Of a DNA stretch of 57,054 nt, positions 17,694 through 28,210 are shown in pieces. The stretch covers positions 1 to 57,054 of the forward strand of contig CALHCC010000042.1 in assembly GCA_937930675.1 (NCBI GenBank), in the 5' to 3' direction. The notes below the pieces were generated by a model. That model saw only the letters and a program-made list of their open reading frames with translations. It did no database searches and was not told where the DNA came from. Made by a program: the position numbers and the translations under genes. Within the stretch, counting starts at the first letter, position 1. The number at the start of each line of letters is the position of its first letter. Source of the DNA: an uncultured Flavobacteriaceae bacterium. Its GTDB lineage: Bacteria; Bacteroidota; Bacteroidia; Flavobacteriales; Flavobacteriaceae.

Positions 17694-19490
17694 TTAACAT
17701 GGGTATTTGTTTTTTTGAATGGCCGCTTGAGCTATTTTCTTTTTTAACGCTATCACATTAGGGTAATTTACATATTTGGTAAACCTTTTTAAGCCTATTA
17801 ATAACATTCGCTGTTCATCATTTTCAGAAAAAGAAATAATGGCTTCTTTACCTTTGTTGTTAATTTTTTCTACAGCCATAAATAAATTTAATTGACTGAT
17901 GGCAATTTGTAAATCAGTAGCATTGGCATCTGTTTTATGAACTAACTTTTCTGTTTTTAGTATTGTAGATTCCGCCATGTAAATTTCAATTAAAATTTCT
18001 GCAGCACACAATACAATTTCTTGTTGTTTTTCTAATTCCGTTCCAAACTTTTCAACTGCTTTTCCTGCAATCATTAAAAATACTTTTTTAAGATTAGTTA
18101 AAATTTCTTTTTCTTGAGAAAATAAGATGGAATAATCTGGTGTGTCAAAAGACGGAATTGCCATTAAATCATTCACTACAGCCATGGCAGGAGTCATCAA
18201 ATCAAGTTCTCCTTTTAAGGCTTTTTTAAGTAGCATTCCAATCGCTAACAATCTATTTATCTCATTAGTTCCTTCGTAGATTCTAGAAATACGTGCATCT
18301 CTCCAAGCACTTTCCATAGGAGTGTCTTCTGAAAAGCCCATTCCTCCATAAATTTGCAATCCTTCATCGGCGTTAAACTGTCCAGCTTCTGATCCGTATA
18401 CTTTTAAAATAGCACATTCCAAAGCAAAATCTTCTACTCCTTTTAATTCTGCTTGCTGCGGATTCATTCCTTCAGAAATTAAACTTTCTATTTTGTGTTG
18501 TATATCTCCAGCAGCTCTGTACACTCCACTTTCGGTTACATAAGTTTTGGTAATCATCAAGGCTATTTTTTCTTGAATCGCTCCAAAATTGGCAATGGCA
18601 AGTCCAAATTGTTTGCGTTCGTTGGCATAATTAACCGCATTGCTAATTACTCTTCTGCTCACATCCAAACAAGCTGCAGCCAACTTAATTCTTCCAATAT
18701 TTAGAATGTTAAGCGCTATTTTAAAACCATTTTGTCTGTCCGAAAGCATATTCTCAGCAGGCACAACAGTTTCGTTAAAAAATACCTGACGAGTAGAGGA
18801 GGCTCTAATTCCTAATTTTTTTTCTTCCTCTCCTAAAGTAATCCCATTCGGATTGTCTTTGTCATATTCTACAATAAAAGCAGTTAAGTTTTTATCTTCT
18901 TCAATTCTAGCAAATACAATCATTAAATTGCAAAAGCCAGCATTGGAAATCCACATTTTTTGTCCTGATATTTTATACGTTTTACCATCTGTAGACAATA
19001 CCGCTTTTGTTTTTCCTGAATTGGCATCAGAACCTGCATTGGGCTCTGTTAAACAATAGGCTCCAAACCATTCTCCAGTGGTTAATTTAGGCACGTATTT
19101 TTGTTTTTGCTCTTCTGTACCATACAATACAATAGGCATGGTACCAATTCCTGTATGAGCTCCAAAAGCCGTAGCAAAAGAACCTGTAGCTCCAGAAATA
19201 TAATCACATACTAAAATAGTAGACATAAAAGACATGCCCATGCCTCCATAGCTTTCTGGAACAGCAATGCTTAAAAAGCCCATGTCTCCAGCTTTACGCA
19301 TTAACTCTTCTGTAAAGGCATAATCTTTTTTTTCAAAACGTTCTTTATGTGGCCAAACTTCTCTATCAATAAATTCGGTTACAGAGGCCTGCATCATGCG
19401 TTGTTCTTCTGTAAAATCTTCTGTGATAAATAGATCTTGACTTGCTGTTTCTTTTATAATAAATGCTCCTCCTTTGATTGTGTTTTTCAT
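17694..19490 (-). CDS. Acyl-CoA dehydrogenase (long FadE type)
   Basis: LTEPNAGSDA, GQKMWISN, KLGIRAS, GGMGF and RIYEGTNEINR motifs. Last gene of the beta-oxidation cluster. Confidence 0.95.
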   Translation of the reverse strand: MKNTIKGGAFIIKETASQDLFITEDFTEEQRMMQASVTEFIDREVWPHKERFEKKDYAFTEELMRKAGDMGFLSIAVPESYGGMGMSFMSTILVCDYISGATGSFATAFGAHTGIGTMPIVLYGTEEQKQKYVPKLTTGEWFGAYCLTEPNAGSDANSGKTKAVLSTDGKTYKISGQKMWISNAGFCNLMIVFARIEEDKNLTAFIVEYDKDNPNGITLGEEEKKLGIRASSTRQVFFNETVVPAENMLSDRQNGFKIALNILNIGRIKLAAACLDVSRRVISNAVNYANERKQFGLAIANFGAIQEKIALMITKTYVTESGVYRAAGDIQHKIESLISEGMNPQQAELKGVEDFALECAILKVYGSEAGQFNADEGLQIYGGMGFSEDTPMESAWRDARISRIYEGTNEINRLLAIGMLLKKALKGELDLMTPAMAVVNDLMAIPSFDTPDYSILFSQEKEILTNLKKVFLMIAGKAVEKFGTELEKQQEIVLCAAEILIEIYMAESTILKTEKLVHKTDANATDLQIAISQLNLFMAVEKINNKGKEAIISFSENDEQRMLLIGLKRFTKYVNYPNVIALKKKIAQAAIQKNKYPC

Positions 19491-19645
19491 CTTATTCTAT
19501 TTTTTAGATGTTCTCTAAAAAGAGTAAACTATTTAGAAAACAATTTGATTAAACAATAGTTGATTTGACTTGAATATAGAATGATATACGATAATGTTAC
19601 TTTGATTTTTTAATAGATTTTACAAATCATCAATAACCTAAATTC

Positions 19646-20833
19646 TTAACGTAAAAACTCATAAATTCCAGCAGCTCCTTGCCCTGTACCTACACACATA
19701 GTAACCATGCCGTATTTGCTTTTTCTTCTTCGCATTTCGTTCAATAATTGTACGGATAATTTTGCTCCTGTGCAGCCTAAAGGATGACCTAAGGCGATGG
19801 CTCCTCCGTTTACATTTACAATATCAGGGTTTAAGTTGAGTTCTTTAATAACGGCTAAAGATTGAGAAGCAAAAGCTTCGTTAAGTTCTATTAAATCAAT
19901 ATCTTTTAAACTTAGTTTTGCTCTTTCTAAAGCTTTGGGAATGGCTTTTACAGGCCCAATACCCATAATTCTAGGTTCTACTCCCATAGCCGCAAAAGAA
20001 ACCATTCTAGCAATCGGTTCTAATTTTAATTCTTTTACCATTTCTTCACTCATCACCAATACAAAAGCAGCACCATCACTCATTTGAGATGCATTTCCTG
20101 CGGTTACAGACCCTTGATGAGCAAACACAGGTTTTAATTTTGCCAAAGCAGCTAAAGAGGTATCTTTTCTAGGTCCTTCATCTTGGGTAACTACGTAATC
20201 TTTACGTTGTTTTTTGCCTTCATGATCCATGAAGATTTCTTCGACTTGAATAGGCACAATATCTTCTTCAAATAGATTTAATTCTTGGGCTTTTAAGGCT
20301 TTTTGATGCGATTGAAAAGCAAATTCATCTTGTGCTTGTCTAGAAACGTTAAATTGATTGGCAACCGCTTCGGCCGTTAAACCCATTCCCCAATAATATT
20401 CTTCGTTACCTGCTTTGGTTTCTTGATAATTAGGAGAAGGCTTGTAACCTCCCATAGGAATGTAAGACATGCTTTCTACACCTCCGGCAATAATACAATC
20501 TGCCATTCCCGATTGTATTTTAGCAGCAGCAATAGAAATAGTTTCTAAACCGGAGGCACAATAACGATTGACGGTCATTCCCGGGACATCGTTAATTTTT
20601 AAACCCATTAAAGAAATAATACGGCCGATGTTTAAACCTTGCTCAGCTTCTGGCATTGCATTTCCTACAATTACATCGTCAATTCTGGTTTTGTCTAGCT
20701 CCGGTGTTTTTTCTAATAAATATTCAATGGTTTCTGCTGCTAATTCGTCGGGCCTTTTAAAGCGAAATAATCCTCTAGGTGCTTTACCTACTGCAGTTCT
20801 GTATCCTTTTATGATATATGCTGTTCTTGTCAT
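19646..20833 (-). CDS. fadA: 3-ketoacyl-CoA thiolase
   Basis: NRYCASG, NEAFA, GHPLG and MCVGTGQG motifs. Confidence 0.95.
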   Translation of the reverse strand: MTRTAYIIKGYRTAVGKAPRGLFRFKRPDELAAETIEYLLEKTPELDKTRIDDVIVGNAMPEAEQGLNIGRIISLMGLKINDVPGMTVNRYCASGLETISIAAAKIQSGMADCIIAGGVESMSYIPMGGYKPSPNYQETKAGNEEYYWGMGLTAEAVANQFNVSRQAQDEFAFQSHQKALKAQELNLFEEDIVPIQVEEIFMDHEGKKQRKDYVVTQDEGPRKDTSLAALAKLKPVFAHQGSVTAGNASQMSDGAAFVLVMSEEMVKELKLEPIARMVSFAAMGVEPRIMGIGPVKAIPKALERAKLSLKDIDLIELNEAFASQSLAVIKELNLNPDIVNVNGGAIALGHPLGCTGAKLSVQLLNEMRRRKSKYGMVTMCVGTGQGAAGIYEFLR

Positions 20834-20868
20834 TAGTATTGAGTTTTTAGATTTGAGATTTTAGCGTT
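20834..20868. repeat. Five tandem degenerate heptamers (consensus KAGATTT)
   Basis: tagtatt gagtttt tagattt gagattt tagcgtt, spanning the four-helix gene stop. Confidence 0.65.
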
Positions 20869-21206
20869 TTTTGAAAGCCGTAAAGCATGTTTTGTATTTC
20901 TACACATAATTCTAAAACATCAAAAAGTTTATTTTTATCAATAAAATTTAATTCTCTACAAAGAATTAATTGTGTTTGTAATTCGTAAGCAGATCCGTTA
21001 GCGATTCCTAAAAAATGGCAAAATTCTTTGTTAGAGTTTCTTCCTGCTCCTTCTGCTATATTAGAAGCTATAGAAACTGAACTTCTTTTGATTTGACTAA
21101 TTAATTCATATTTCTCATCGTTAGGTAGTGTTTCCGTTATTTTGTAAACTTTTTTACTTAACTCAATGGACTTTTTCCAAATTTTTAGATTTTCTATATT
21201 GTGCAC
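20847..21206 (-). CDS. Four-helix-bundle protein (23S rRNA IVS/S23 family)
   Basis: LKIWKKS..LP.DEKY.L.SQIKRSSVSIASNIAEGAGR..F..FL.IA.GSAYELQTQL signature, GTG start. Confidence 0.93.
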   Translation of the reverse strand: MHNIENLKIWKKSIELSKKVYKITETLPNDEKYELISQIKRSSVSIASNIAEGAGRNSNKEFCHFLGIANGSAYELQTQLILCRELNFIDKNKLFDVLELCVEIQNMLYGFQKTLKSQI

Positions 21207-21208
21207 GG

Positions 21209-21244
21209 TCTAATTTCTAAGATCTACTAGCTCTACATCTATTA
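21209..21244. repeat. Array of TCTAnnn units, inverted relative to 20834-20868
   Basis: TCTA at 21209, 21216, 21223, 21232 and 21238. Confidence 0.6.
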
Positions 21245-21247
21245 ACA

Positions 21248-23650
21248 TTAATTACGTAACGGTTTTCCTGTTTTTAACATGTGTTGAATTCTTTCTAATG
21301 TTTTTCGTTCTCCTAAGAGTGATAAAAATGCATCCCGTTCTAAATTCAATAAATATTGTTCGCTTACGTTTGTGGGTTCCGATAAATCTCCACCAGCCAT
21401 TACATACCCTAATTTGTTTGCAATCAGTCTATCGTGTTCTGATGCGTACTGACCTGCCACCAAACTATCTGCACCCACTTGAAACATTCCTAAGACTTGT
21501 TGCCCTAATACTCTTACTTTTTCTGGAGTAGGTTTTAGGTATCCATCTTCTAATAGTTGAATAGCATGTCTTTTTGCCGTAGCTATTTGTTGATGTTCGT
21601 TTACCACTACGATGTCTTTATGAGGTGTATAGTAACCAAAATCAAAAGCTTCGTGAGCAGACGTAGCTACTTTTGCCATGGCAATATTGATAAAGGCATC
21701 TCGCATTCGGTTTAATTTTACATCGTCTTTTAACACCGAGTTAGAAACTCGTTTGGTCATTTCCTTGGTTCCACCACCACCCGGAATCACACCTACACCA
21801 AATTCTACCAAACCGGTATAGGTTTCCGCAGCAGCAATTACTTTGTCGGCATGCAAACTTAATTCACATCCACCGCCTAATGTTAATCCTCTTGGAGTGA
21901 TAAGTGTAGGGCAGGAGGAGTATCGCATTCTCATTACGGTGTTTTGAAAGTATTGAACGGCATAGTTTAATTCGTCATACTCTTGTTCAATGGCTAATAA
22001 AAACACCATAGCTAAATTGGCTCCTACAGAAAAATTAGTAGCTTGATTTCCTAAAATGACAGCATCGTATTCTGTTTCTGCCAAATCTATTCCTTTGTTA
22101 ATAGCTTGTAATACACCACCACCCAACGTATTCATTTTAGATTGGAATTCTACGTTTAACACACCATCTCCTAAATGTTGAATAGCAGCCTCCGAATTAG
22201 ACCAGATAGTTTTGGATTCTCTAATATTATTCAGAATAATAAAGCCGTCTTGCCCAGGGATTTTAATTTGTTGCTGTTGTTTTACATCGTAATAATATTG
22301 TTTAGATTCCTGTAATGTATAAAAAGAGGTTTGTTCTTTTGCCTTCATTTCATCTATCCAATTGGCATAGGTTATTCCTTCGGACTTCATCAACTCTATT
22401 CCTTTCTTTAAGCCTATCGCATCCCAAATTTCAAAAGGTCCGTGTTGCCAACCAAAACCAGCTCTCATAGCATTGTCTATGCTGTAAATTTCATCAGAAA
22501 CTTCAGGGATTCTATGACTTACGTATGCAAATAAAGCGGCAAAGGTTTTTCTATAAAAAGCTCCAACCTTGTCTTTTCCTTTAATTAAAACTTTAAATCT
22601 ATCTTTTACATTATCAATAGTTTTTGTAGTATTTAAACTGCTAAATGTTATTTTTTGAGAAGGATGATATTCTAACGTATTTAGGTTTAAGGCCAAAATG
22701 GATTTGACTCCTTTTTCATCTACATGTTTCTTGTAAAAACCTTGTCCTGTTTTGCTTCCTAGCCATTTATTTTCTAGCATTTTTTGCATAAAACTCGGAA
22801 GTTTAAACAAGTCTAAAGCTTCATCATCTTTACAATTTTCATACAATCCGTTAGCAACGTGTACCAAAGTATCTAAACCTACCACGTCTACAGTTCTAAA
22901 TGTAGCAGACTTAGGCCTACCAATAATAGGACCTGTTAATTTATCTACCTCTTCAACCGTTAAGTCTAATTCTTTTACAATATGAAGCATGCTCATGATT
23001 CCAAAGATTCCAATTCTATTTCCTATAAAAGCAGGAGTGTCTTTGGCTAGAACGGCTGTTTTTCCTAAGTGTTTTGTTCCAAAATCTACTAAAAACTGAG
23101 TGATTTCTTTTTTACAATCAGGACCCGGAATTACCTCAAATAATTTTAAATACCTAGGAGGATTAAAAAAGTGGGTAACGGCAAAATGTTCTCTAAAATT
23201 CTGAGATCTTCCTTTGTTCATAAAACCAATAGGAATCCCTGAAGTATTACTGGTAATTAAGCTATCGGGTTTTCGGTGTGCTTCAACCTGCTCGAATACC
23301 TTTTGTTTAATATCTAATTTTTCTACCACCACTTCAATAATCCAATCTATCTCTTTTAGTTTGGTAATATCATCTTGTAAATTACCCGTGGTAATTCTGT
23401 TTGCAAAAGATTTTTTATATAAAGGAGCTGGATTGGATTTTATAGCTTTTTGTAAATTGCTATTTACAATGCTGTTTTTTACCATAGGGTGAGATATATC
23501 TAATCCTTGTGCTTTTTGTTTTTCTGTAAGCTCACTAGGAGTAATGTCTAGCAACAGCACCTCTACACCAATGTTTGCAAAATGACAAGCAATTCCAGAA
23601 CCCATAATTCCGGAACCGATGACTGCTACTTTGTTTATTGTTCGTTTCAT
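21248..23650 (-). CDS. 3-hydroxyacyl-CoA dehydrogenase/enoyl-CoA hydratase (FadN type)
   Basis: GSGIMG, SNTSGIP, HFFNPP, FIGNRIG, GGGCE and GLVEFGVG motifs. Confidence 0.95.
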   Translation of the reverse strand: MKRTINKVAVIGSGIMGSGIACHFANIGVEVLLLDITPSELTEKQKAQGLDISHPMVKNSIVNSNLQKAIKSNPAPLYKKSFANRITTGNLQDDITKLKEIDWIIEVVVEKLDIKQKVFEQVEAHRKPDSLITSNTSGIPIGFMNKGRSQNFREHFAVTHFFNPPRYLKLFEVIPGPDCKKEITQFLVDFGTKHLGKTAVLAKDTPAFIGNRIGIFGIMSMLHIVKELDLTVEEVDKLTGPIIGRPKSATFRTVDVVGLDTLVHVANGLYENCKDDEALDLFKLPSFMQKMLENKWLGSKTGQGFYKKHVDEKGVKSILALNLNTLEYHPSQKITFSSLNTTKTIDNVKDRFKVLIKGKDKVGAFYRKTFAALFAYVSHRIPEVSDEIYSIDNAMRAGFGWQHGPFEIWDAIGLKKGIELMKSEGITYANWIDEMKAKEQTSFYTLQESKQYYYDVKQQQQIKIPGQDGFIILNNIRESKTIWSNSEAAIQHLGDGVLNVEFQSKMNTLGGGVLQAINKGIDLAETEYDAVILGNQATNFSVGANLAMVFLLAIEQEYDELNYAVQYFQNTVMRMRYSSCPTLITPRGLTLGGGCELSLHADKVIAAAETYTGLVEFGVGVIPGGGGTKEMTKRVSNSVLKDDVKLNRMRDAFINIAMAKVATSAHEAFDFGYYTPHKDIVVVNEHQQIATAKRHAIQLLEDGYLKPTPEKVRVLGQQVLGMFQVGADSLVAGQYASEHDRLIANKLGYVMAGGDLSEPTNVSEQYLLNLERDAFLSLLGERKTLERIQHMLKTGKPLRN

Positions 23651-23652
23651 AC

Positions 23653-24093
23653 TTAAAAAATGCTTTTATCTTCTATTAATTGATGTATTTTGTGAGTAAC
23701 CTGTAAAAAAGAATCTATTTGAGAAGGAGTTAAATGGCTTTTAACTGTATTGTTAAACTTTAGCACAATCTGTTTGGCTATTTCTCGTTCTTTTTTGCCT
23801 TTCTCGGTTAATTTTATTAAGACACTCCGCCCGTCTTCGGGGTTTTGTTCCTTAAAAATTAAATTTTCTTCCTCCATTTTTTTTAAGGTTCTAGACAAGC
23901 TGTTGGCTTCAATGCCCATTTTAGGACCTAATGCTGTAGAGGGAGTTCCGTTTTTATAATGAATATTTACCAATACAAAACCAATGTGCATCGGTCTGCC
24001 ATTTAATGCGGCTTGTTCCGTATACATTTTGTTAATTACCTGCCAAGTAGCTCGGTAATAATAATCGAATGCTATTTTGTCTATGTCTCTCAT
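23653..24093 (-). CDS. MarR-family regulator
   Basis: SLSRTLKKMEE..LI..DGRSVLIKLTEKG. First gene of the fad operon. Confidence 0.92.
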   Translation of the reverse strand: MRDIDKIAFDYYYRATWQVINKMYTEQAALNGRPMHIGFVLVNIHYKNGTPSTALGPKMGIEANSLSRTLKKMEEENLIFKEQNPEDGRSVLIKLTEKGKKEREIAKQIVLKFNNTVKSHLTPSQIDSFLQVTHKIHQLIEDKSIF

Positions 24094-24302
24094 CTTTTTA
24101 AATATAGTAAAAAAAACTATGTTAGCATAGCTTTTTGTAGTTTTTATTGCGATTTAATTAAAAAAGAACGCTTAAAATTGTGTTTTGTAAATTATTAAGA
24201 CTCTAAAATAGCATCATTATAACTATTTTTTGTTTGTAAATAGCGTAAAGGATTGATGAACAAATGATATATTTACCTTCCCAAAAAACAAGCAATCACT
24301 TT

Positions 24303-25226
24303 ATGGCAACATCCATTTTAAATATTGAAAACTTATTTAAAAAATATGGAGATAAAATAGCTCTTAACCATATTAATATTCACATTAAAAGAGGGAGTAT
24401 TTATGGGTTGATTGGTCAAAACGGAGCCGGAAAAACAACATTAATCCGTATTTTAAATAAAATTATAGAAGCAGACGGTGGAAGTATTGCTTTTAAGGGT
24501 CAAAAAATGAGGTTAAAAGACATTGCTTCTATAGGATATTTGCCTGAAGAAAGAGGCTTGTATAAAAACATGACCATAGAAGAACAAGCCTTGTATTTTG
24601 GGCAGTTAAAAGGAATGTCTAAAGCAAATGCTCAAAAAGCATTAGCGTATTGGTTAGAACGGTTTGATATTGTTTCTTGGAAAAACAAAAAAATAGAGGA
24701 TTTATCTAAAGGAATGGCTCAGAAAGTACAGTTTATTATTACGGTACTTCACCATCCGGAATTGTTAATTTTAGACGAACCTTTTAGTGGTTTTGATCCT
24801 GTAAATGCAAATTTAATTGCCAACGAAATTAAAACATTGGCAAGCAAAGGAACGACTGTTATTTTTTCATCGCACAGAATGGAATCTGTAGCCGAAATGT
24901 GTGATTCGCTATGTTTAATTCATCAAGGAAGTATTTTGTTGAATGGAAGTATTCAAGAAATTCAAAAAGAACATGCCCAAGAAGTTTACGAAGTTCATTT
25001 GGTAGATTACAAAATCGAAGCCCTAGAACATTTTTTAGATAATCAAGAATATCATATTACGGTGGTAGCTAAAACGTCACATCAAGTTCATTTAGAAGTA
25101 ATTCCTTCTTCTACAACAGCAGAAACATTACAAACAGCGATTGCTGGTATAGGTACCTTAAAATTATATAGACAATACACCCCCAATCTTCAAGAGATTT
25201 TTATTAAAACGATAGAAAATGCATAA
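24303..25226 (+). CDS. ABC transporter ATP-binding protein (ABC-2/NatA-like)
   Basis: GQNGAGKTT, LSKGM, LDEPFSG and SSH motifs. ATG 24303 preferred over 24264. Confidence 0.93.
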   Translation: MATSILNIENLFKKYGDKIALNHINIHIKRGSIYGLIGQNGAGKTTLIRILNKIIEADGGSIAFKGQKMRLKDIASIGYLPEERGLYKNMTIEEQALYFGQLKGMSKANAQKALAYWLERFDIVSWKNKKIEDLSKGMAQKVQFIITVLHHPELLILDEPFSGFDPVNANLIANEIKTLASKGTTVIFSSHRMESVAEMCDSLCLIHQGSILLNGSIQEIQKEHAQEVYEVHLVDYKIEALEHFLDNQEYHITVVAKTSHQVHLEVIPSSTTAETLQTAIAGIGTLKLYRQYTPNLQEIFIKTIENA

Positions 25227-26466
25227 GTTATTTCTTATTATCAAAAGAGAGTTTATCACAAAAGTAAGGAGTAAATCATATTTAATCTTAATTTTCTTAA
25301 GTCCCTTATTAATGATTGGTATGGCTGCGGCCATTTTTTACTTTGTAGGAAAAGAGCAAAAAGCAACAGATAAAAAAATAAGACTCATTACTTTAACCCA
25401 GCCTTCACTTGTTGATGCCATCAAGCAACAACATCCTACAATGCTTATAGAAGATGGTTTAAACATCTCTTACCAAGCAGCAAAAGAGTTGGTTGCTGAT
25501 GAAACTTATAATGGGGTAGTGTACACAAATACGAATTTAAGTGTGTTAGAAGTTTATGGAGATGCGAAGCTGCCCAAAGCTTCCTTAAAAAAAATAATCG
25601 ATAATTATTGGAGAGTTCATTTTCTGAAAAATCAACAAATACCTTCTGAGATTATTAACACGATTACTGATGATACTCCAGTACAAATTATTGCTGTAAA
25701 TAATACCGAAAAAGAAATTACAAAATGGGTAAAAGGAGTAGTAGCGGTAGGTTTAGGATATGTAATGATGATGTTTGTAATTATTTATGGAAATGCCGTA
25801 ATGCGTAGCATTATTGAGGAAAAGAATAGTAAAGTTATAGAAATAATGGTATGTAGCGTAAAACCTTATCAATTGATGTTGGGTAAAATTATAGGAAACG
25901 CTTTTGCAGGTTTGTTACAATTTTTTATTTGGGGGTTGTTACTTTTTACAGGACTTTGCTTGTTGCAATATTTTAGCCCTTCTATAGGTGAAAATTCAGA
26001 TAAAATAGTACTGATTTTTAAAACTCTTTGGACCTTAAACTATGTGCAAATTATTTCTGTATTCATTGTTTTCTTTTTTAGTGGTTATTTACTGTATAGT
26101 AGTTTTTATGCTTCTATAGGTGCTGCGGTAAGTAGTGAAACAGACACGCAACAATTTGTACATCCTATTTTATTGCCTTTAATGTTTGCTGTTTATATTG
26201 GTATTGCTACTATAATCGAAGGAAATCCGCATAGTGATACTGCCCAATTATTTACCCTAATTCCGTTTACATCTCCCGTAATTTTACCCATGCGTATTCC
26301 TTACGGTGTTCCTGTATGGGAAATTTTATTGTCGTTGGCATTATTATTGGTTAGCTTTGTAATTACTGTGTTTACAGCTAGTAAAATATACAGAATTGGA
26401 ATATTAACCGACGGTAATAAACCTAGTTTTAAACAATTAATACAGTGGGTTTTTAAAAAAATATAA
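25219..26466 (+). CDS. ABC-2 permease (NatB/YhaP-like)
   Basis: IKREF start, EEKNSKVIE, LMLGKIIG and multiple TM segments. Confidence 0.92.
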   Translation: MHKLFLIIKREFITKVRSKSYLILIFLSPLLMIGMAAAIFYFVGKEQKATDKKIRLITLTQPSLVDAIKQQHPTMLIEDGLNISYQAAKELVADETYNGVVYTNTNLSVLEVYGDAKLPKASLKKIIDNYWRVHFLKNQQIPSEIINTITDDTPVQIIAVNNTEKEITKWVKGVVAVGLGYVMMMFVIIYGNAVMRSIIEEKNSKVIEIMVCSVKPYQLMLGKIIGNAFAGLLQFFIWGLLLFTGLCLLQYFSPSIGENSDKIVLIFKTLWTLNYVQIISVFIVFFFSGYLLYSSFYASIGAAVSSETDTQQFVHPILLPLMFAVYIGIATIIEGNPHSDTAQLFTLIPFTSPVILPMRIPYGVPVWEILLSLALLLVSFVITVFTASKIYRIGILTDGNKPSFKQLIQWVFKKI

Positions 26467-26470
26467 TTTT

Positions 26471-27634
26471 ATGAGTAACATTTTAATTATTGAAGATGAG
26501 GCTGCTATTAGACGTGTATTAACGCGAATTATAGGAGATGAAAATAAAACATATACCGTAGAAGAGGCCGAAGATGGTGTGATAGGATTAGAAAAGGTTC
26601 GTGATAACGAATACGATTTAATTCTTTGCGATATTAAAATGCCTAAAATGGATGGAGTAGAAGTGTTAGAAAAATTAAAAAAACTCAAACCCGAAATCCC
26701 TGTCATTATGATTTCTGGTCACGGAGATTTAGACACTGCTGTACAAACCATGCGATTAGGAGCTTTTGATTATATTTCTAAACCACCAGATTTAAATAGA
26801 CTGTTAAACACGGTTCGTAATGCCTTAGATCAAAAACAATTATTGGTAGAAAATAAAATACTAAAGAAAAAAGTTAGTAAAAAATATGAAATGATAGGAG
26901 CTTCTGAACCTATTCAGCATATTAAAGAAATGATTGACAAAGTAGCTAGTACCGATGCCAGAGTACTAATTACAGGTCCTAACGGTACAGGAAAAGAATT
27001 GGTAGCACATAGATTGCATGACTTAAGCGAACGTGCTAAAGCTCCTATGATAGAGGTAAATTGTGCAGCCATTCCATCAGAATTAATAGAAAGCGAATTG
27101 TTTGGGCACGTAAAAGGATCTTTTACAGGAGCTAACAAAGATAGAGCCGGTAAATTTGAAGCTGCCAACGGAGGAACTATTTTTTTAGATGAAATAGGAG
27201 ATATGAGCTTATCTGCTCAAGCTAAAGTATTAAGAGCCTTACAAGAGAATAAAATTTCTAGAGTAGGATCGGATAAAGATATTAAGGTAAACGTAAGAGT
27301 GTTAGCCGCTACCAATAAAGATTTGCGTAAAGAAATAGAAGAGGGGAGATTTAGAGAAGATCTATACCATCGTTTGGCTGTTATTTTAATAAAAGTTCCT
27401 GCGTTAAATGATAGAAGAGATGATGTTCCTTTATTAATACAACACTTTTCTAAACAAATAGCAAAAGAACAAGGAATGACTCCTAAAGTGTTTTCTCCAG
27501 AAGCTATAGAACAGCTACAAGCATACAATTGGACAGGGAATATTAGAGAACTAAGAAATGTAGTGGAGCGACTTTTAATTTTAGGAGAAACTACCATTAG
27601 TGGTAACGATGTTAACTTATTTGCAAGTAAATAA
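26471..27634 (+). CDS. Sigma-54-type response regulator (receiver + AAA+, no C-terminal HTH; NtrX-like)
   Basis: DIKMP receiver, GPNGTGKE, ESELFGH, GSFTGA, FLDEIG and WTGNIREL motifs. Confidence 0.92.
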   Translation: MSNILIIEDEAAIRRVLTRIIGDENKTYTVEEAEDGVIGLEKVRDNEYDLILCDIKMPKMDGVEVLEKLKKLKPEIPVIMISGHGDLDTAVQTMRLGAFDYISKPPDLNRLLNTVRNALDQKQLLVENKILKKKVSKKYEMIGASEPIQHIKEMIDKVASTDARVLITGPNGTGKELVAHRLHDLSERAKAPMIEVNCAAIPSELIESELFGHVKGSFTGANKDRAGKFEAANGGTIFLDEIGDMSLSAQAKVLRALQENKISRVGSDKDIKVNVRVLAATNKDLRKEIEEGRFREDLYHRLAVILIKVPALNDRRDDVPLLIQHFSKQIAKEQGMTPKVFSPEAIEQLQAYNWTGNIRELRNVVERLLILGETTISGNDVNLFASK

Positions 27635-28108
27635 ATGGTTTTAGAAAATAGCACAATAGAAATAGGAGTAGGGGTTGGAGATATTAAATTTGGAATGCTA
27701 AAAGAAGATGTCTTAGCTATTTTAGGCTTACCAACACATAAAGAAATTGAAAAAGATTTTGATACAGGAGATGCTGTAGAAACCTGGGATTATGAGAACT
27801 TTGGCTTAGCTTTCTCTTTTGATGAAGAAGAAGATTGGAAATTAGAAACCATTACCATTAATTCTAGTAACTTTAAACTAAAAAATGTAGGTTTAATAGG
27901 GAATACCATAGAAACGGTTCAAAATTTTATTGAACAAGAACAGCTTGGAGAAATGGAGTTTGAGGATTATTCTACCGAAGAAATGCCCAATCACGAATTA
28001 ATTGATGTAGACAAAGCCAATTTGTTTTTTTGGTTTACTAACGAAGTTTTAACAGAAATTCAAATGGGAGTTCAATGGGATGAAAATGATAATGCTTTAT
28101 GGCCTTGA
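27635..28108 (+). CDS. Acidic hypothetical protein
   Basis: 157-aa ORF starting immediately after the upstream stop, GVGDIKFGM start. Confidence 0.8.
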   Translation: MVLENSTIEIGVGVGDIKFGMLKEDVLAILGLPTHKEIEKDFDTGDAVETWDYENFGLAFSFDEEEDWKLETITINSSNFKLKNVGLIGNTIETVQNFIEQEQLGEMEFEDYSTEEMPNHELIDVDKANLFFWFTNEVLTEIQMGVQWDENDNALWP

Positions 28109-28210
28109 TTTTTGAAAAAAAAGTATTTTAAAAGACTTTAAAATAAATTATCTGTTTTTATTCTTCAGATTATTAACTATATTGTAATTTAAACCCAAAA
28201 TAAACGAATT

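Noticed and set aside
20847-21206. Four-helix-bundle gene as the Avd of a diversity-generating retroelement, or as an rRNA intervening sequence
   Set aside because: No reverse transcriptase, template/variable repeat pair or rRNA in the window
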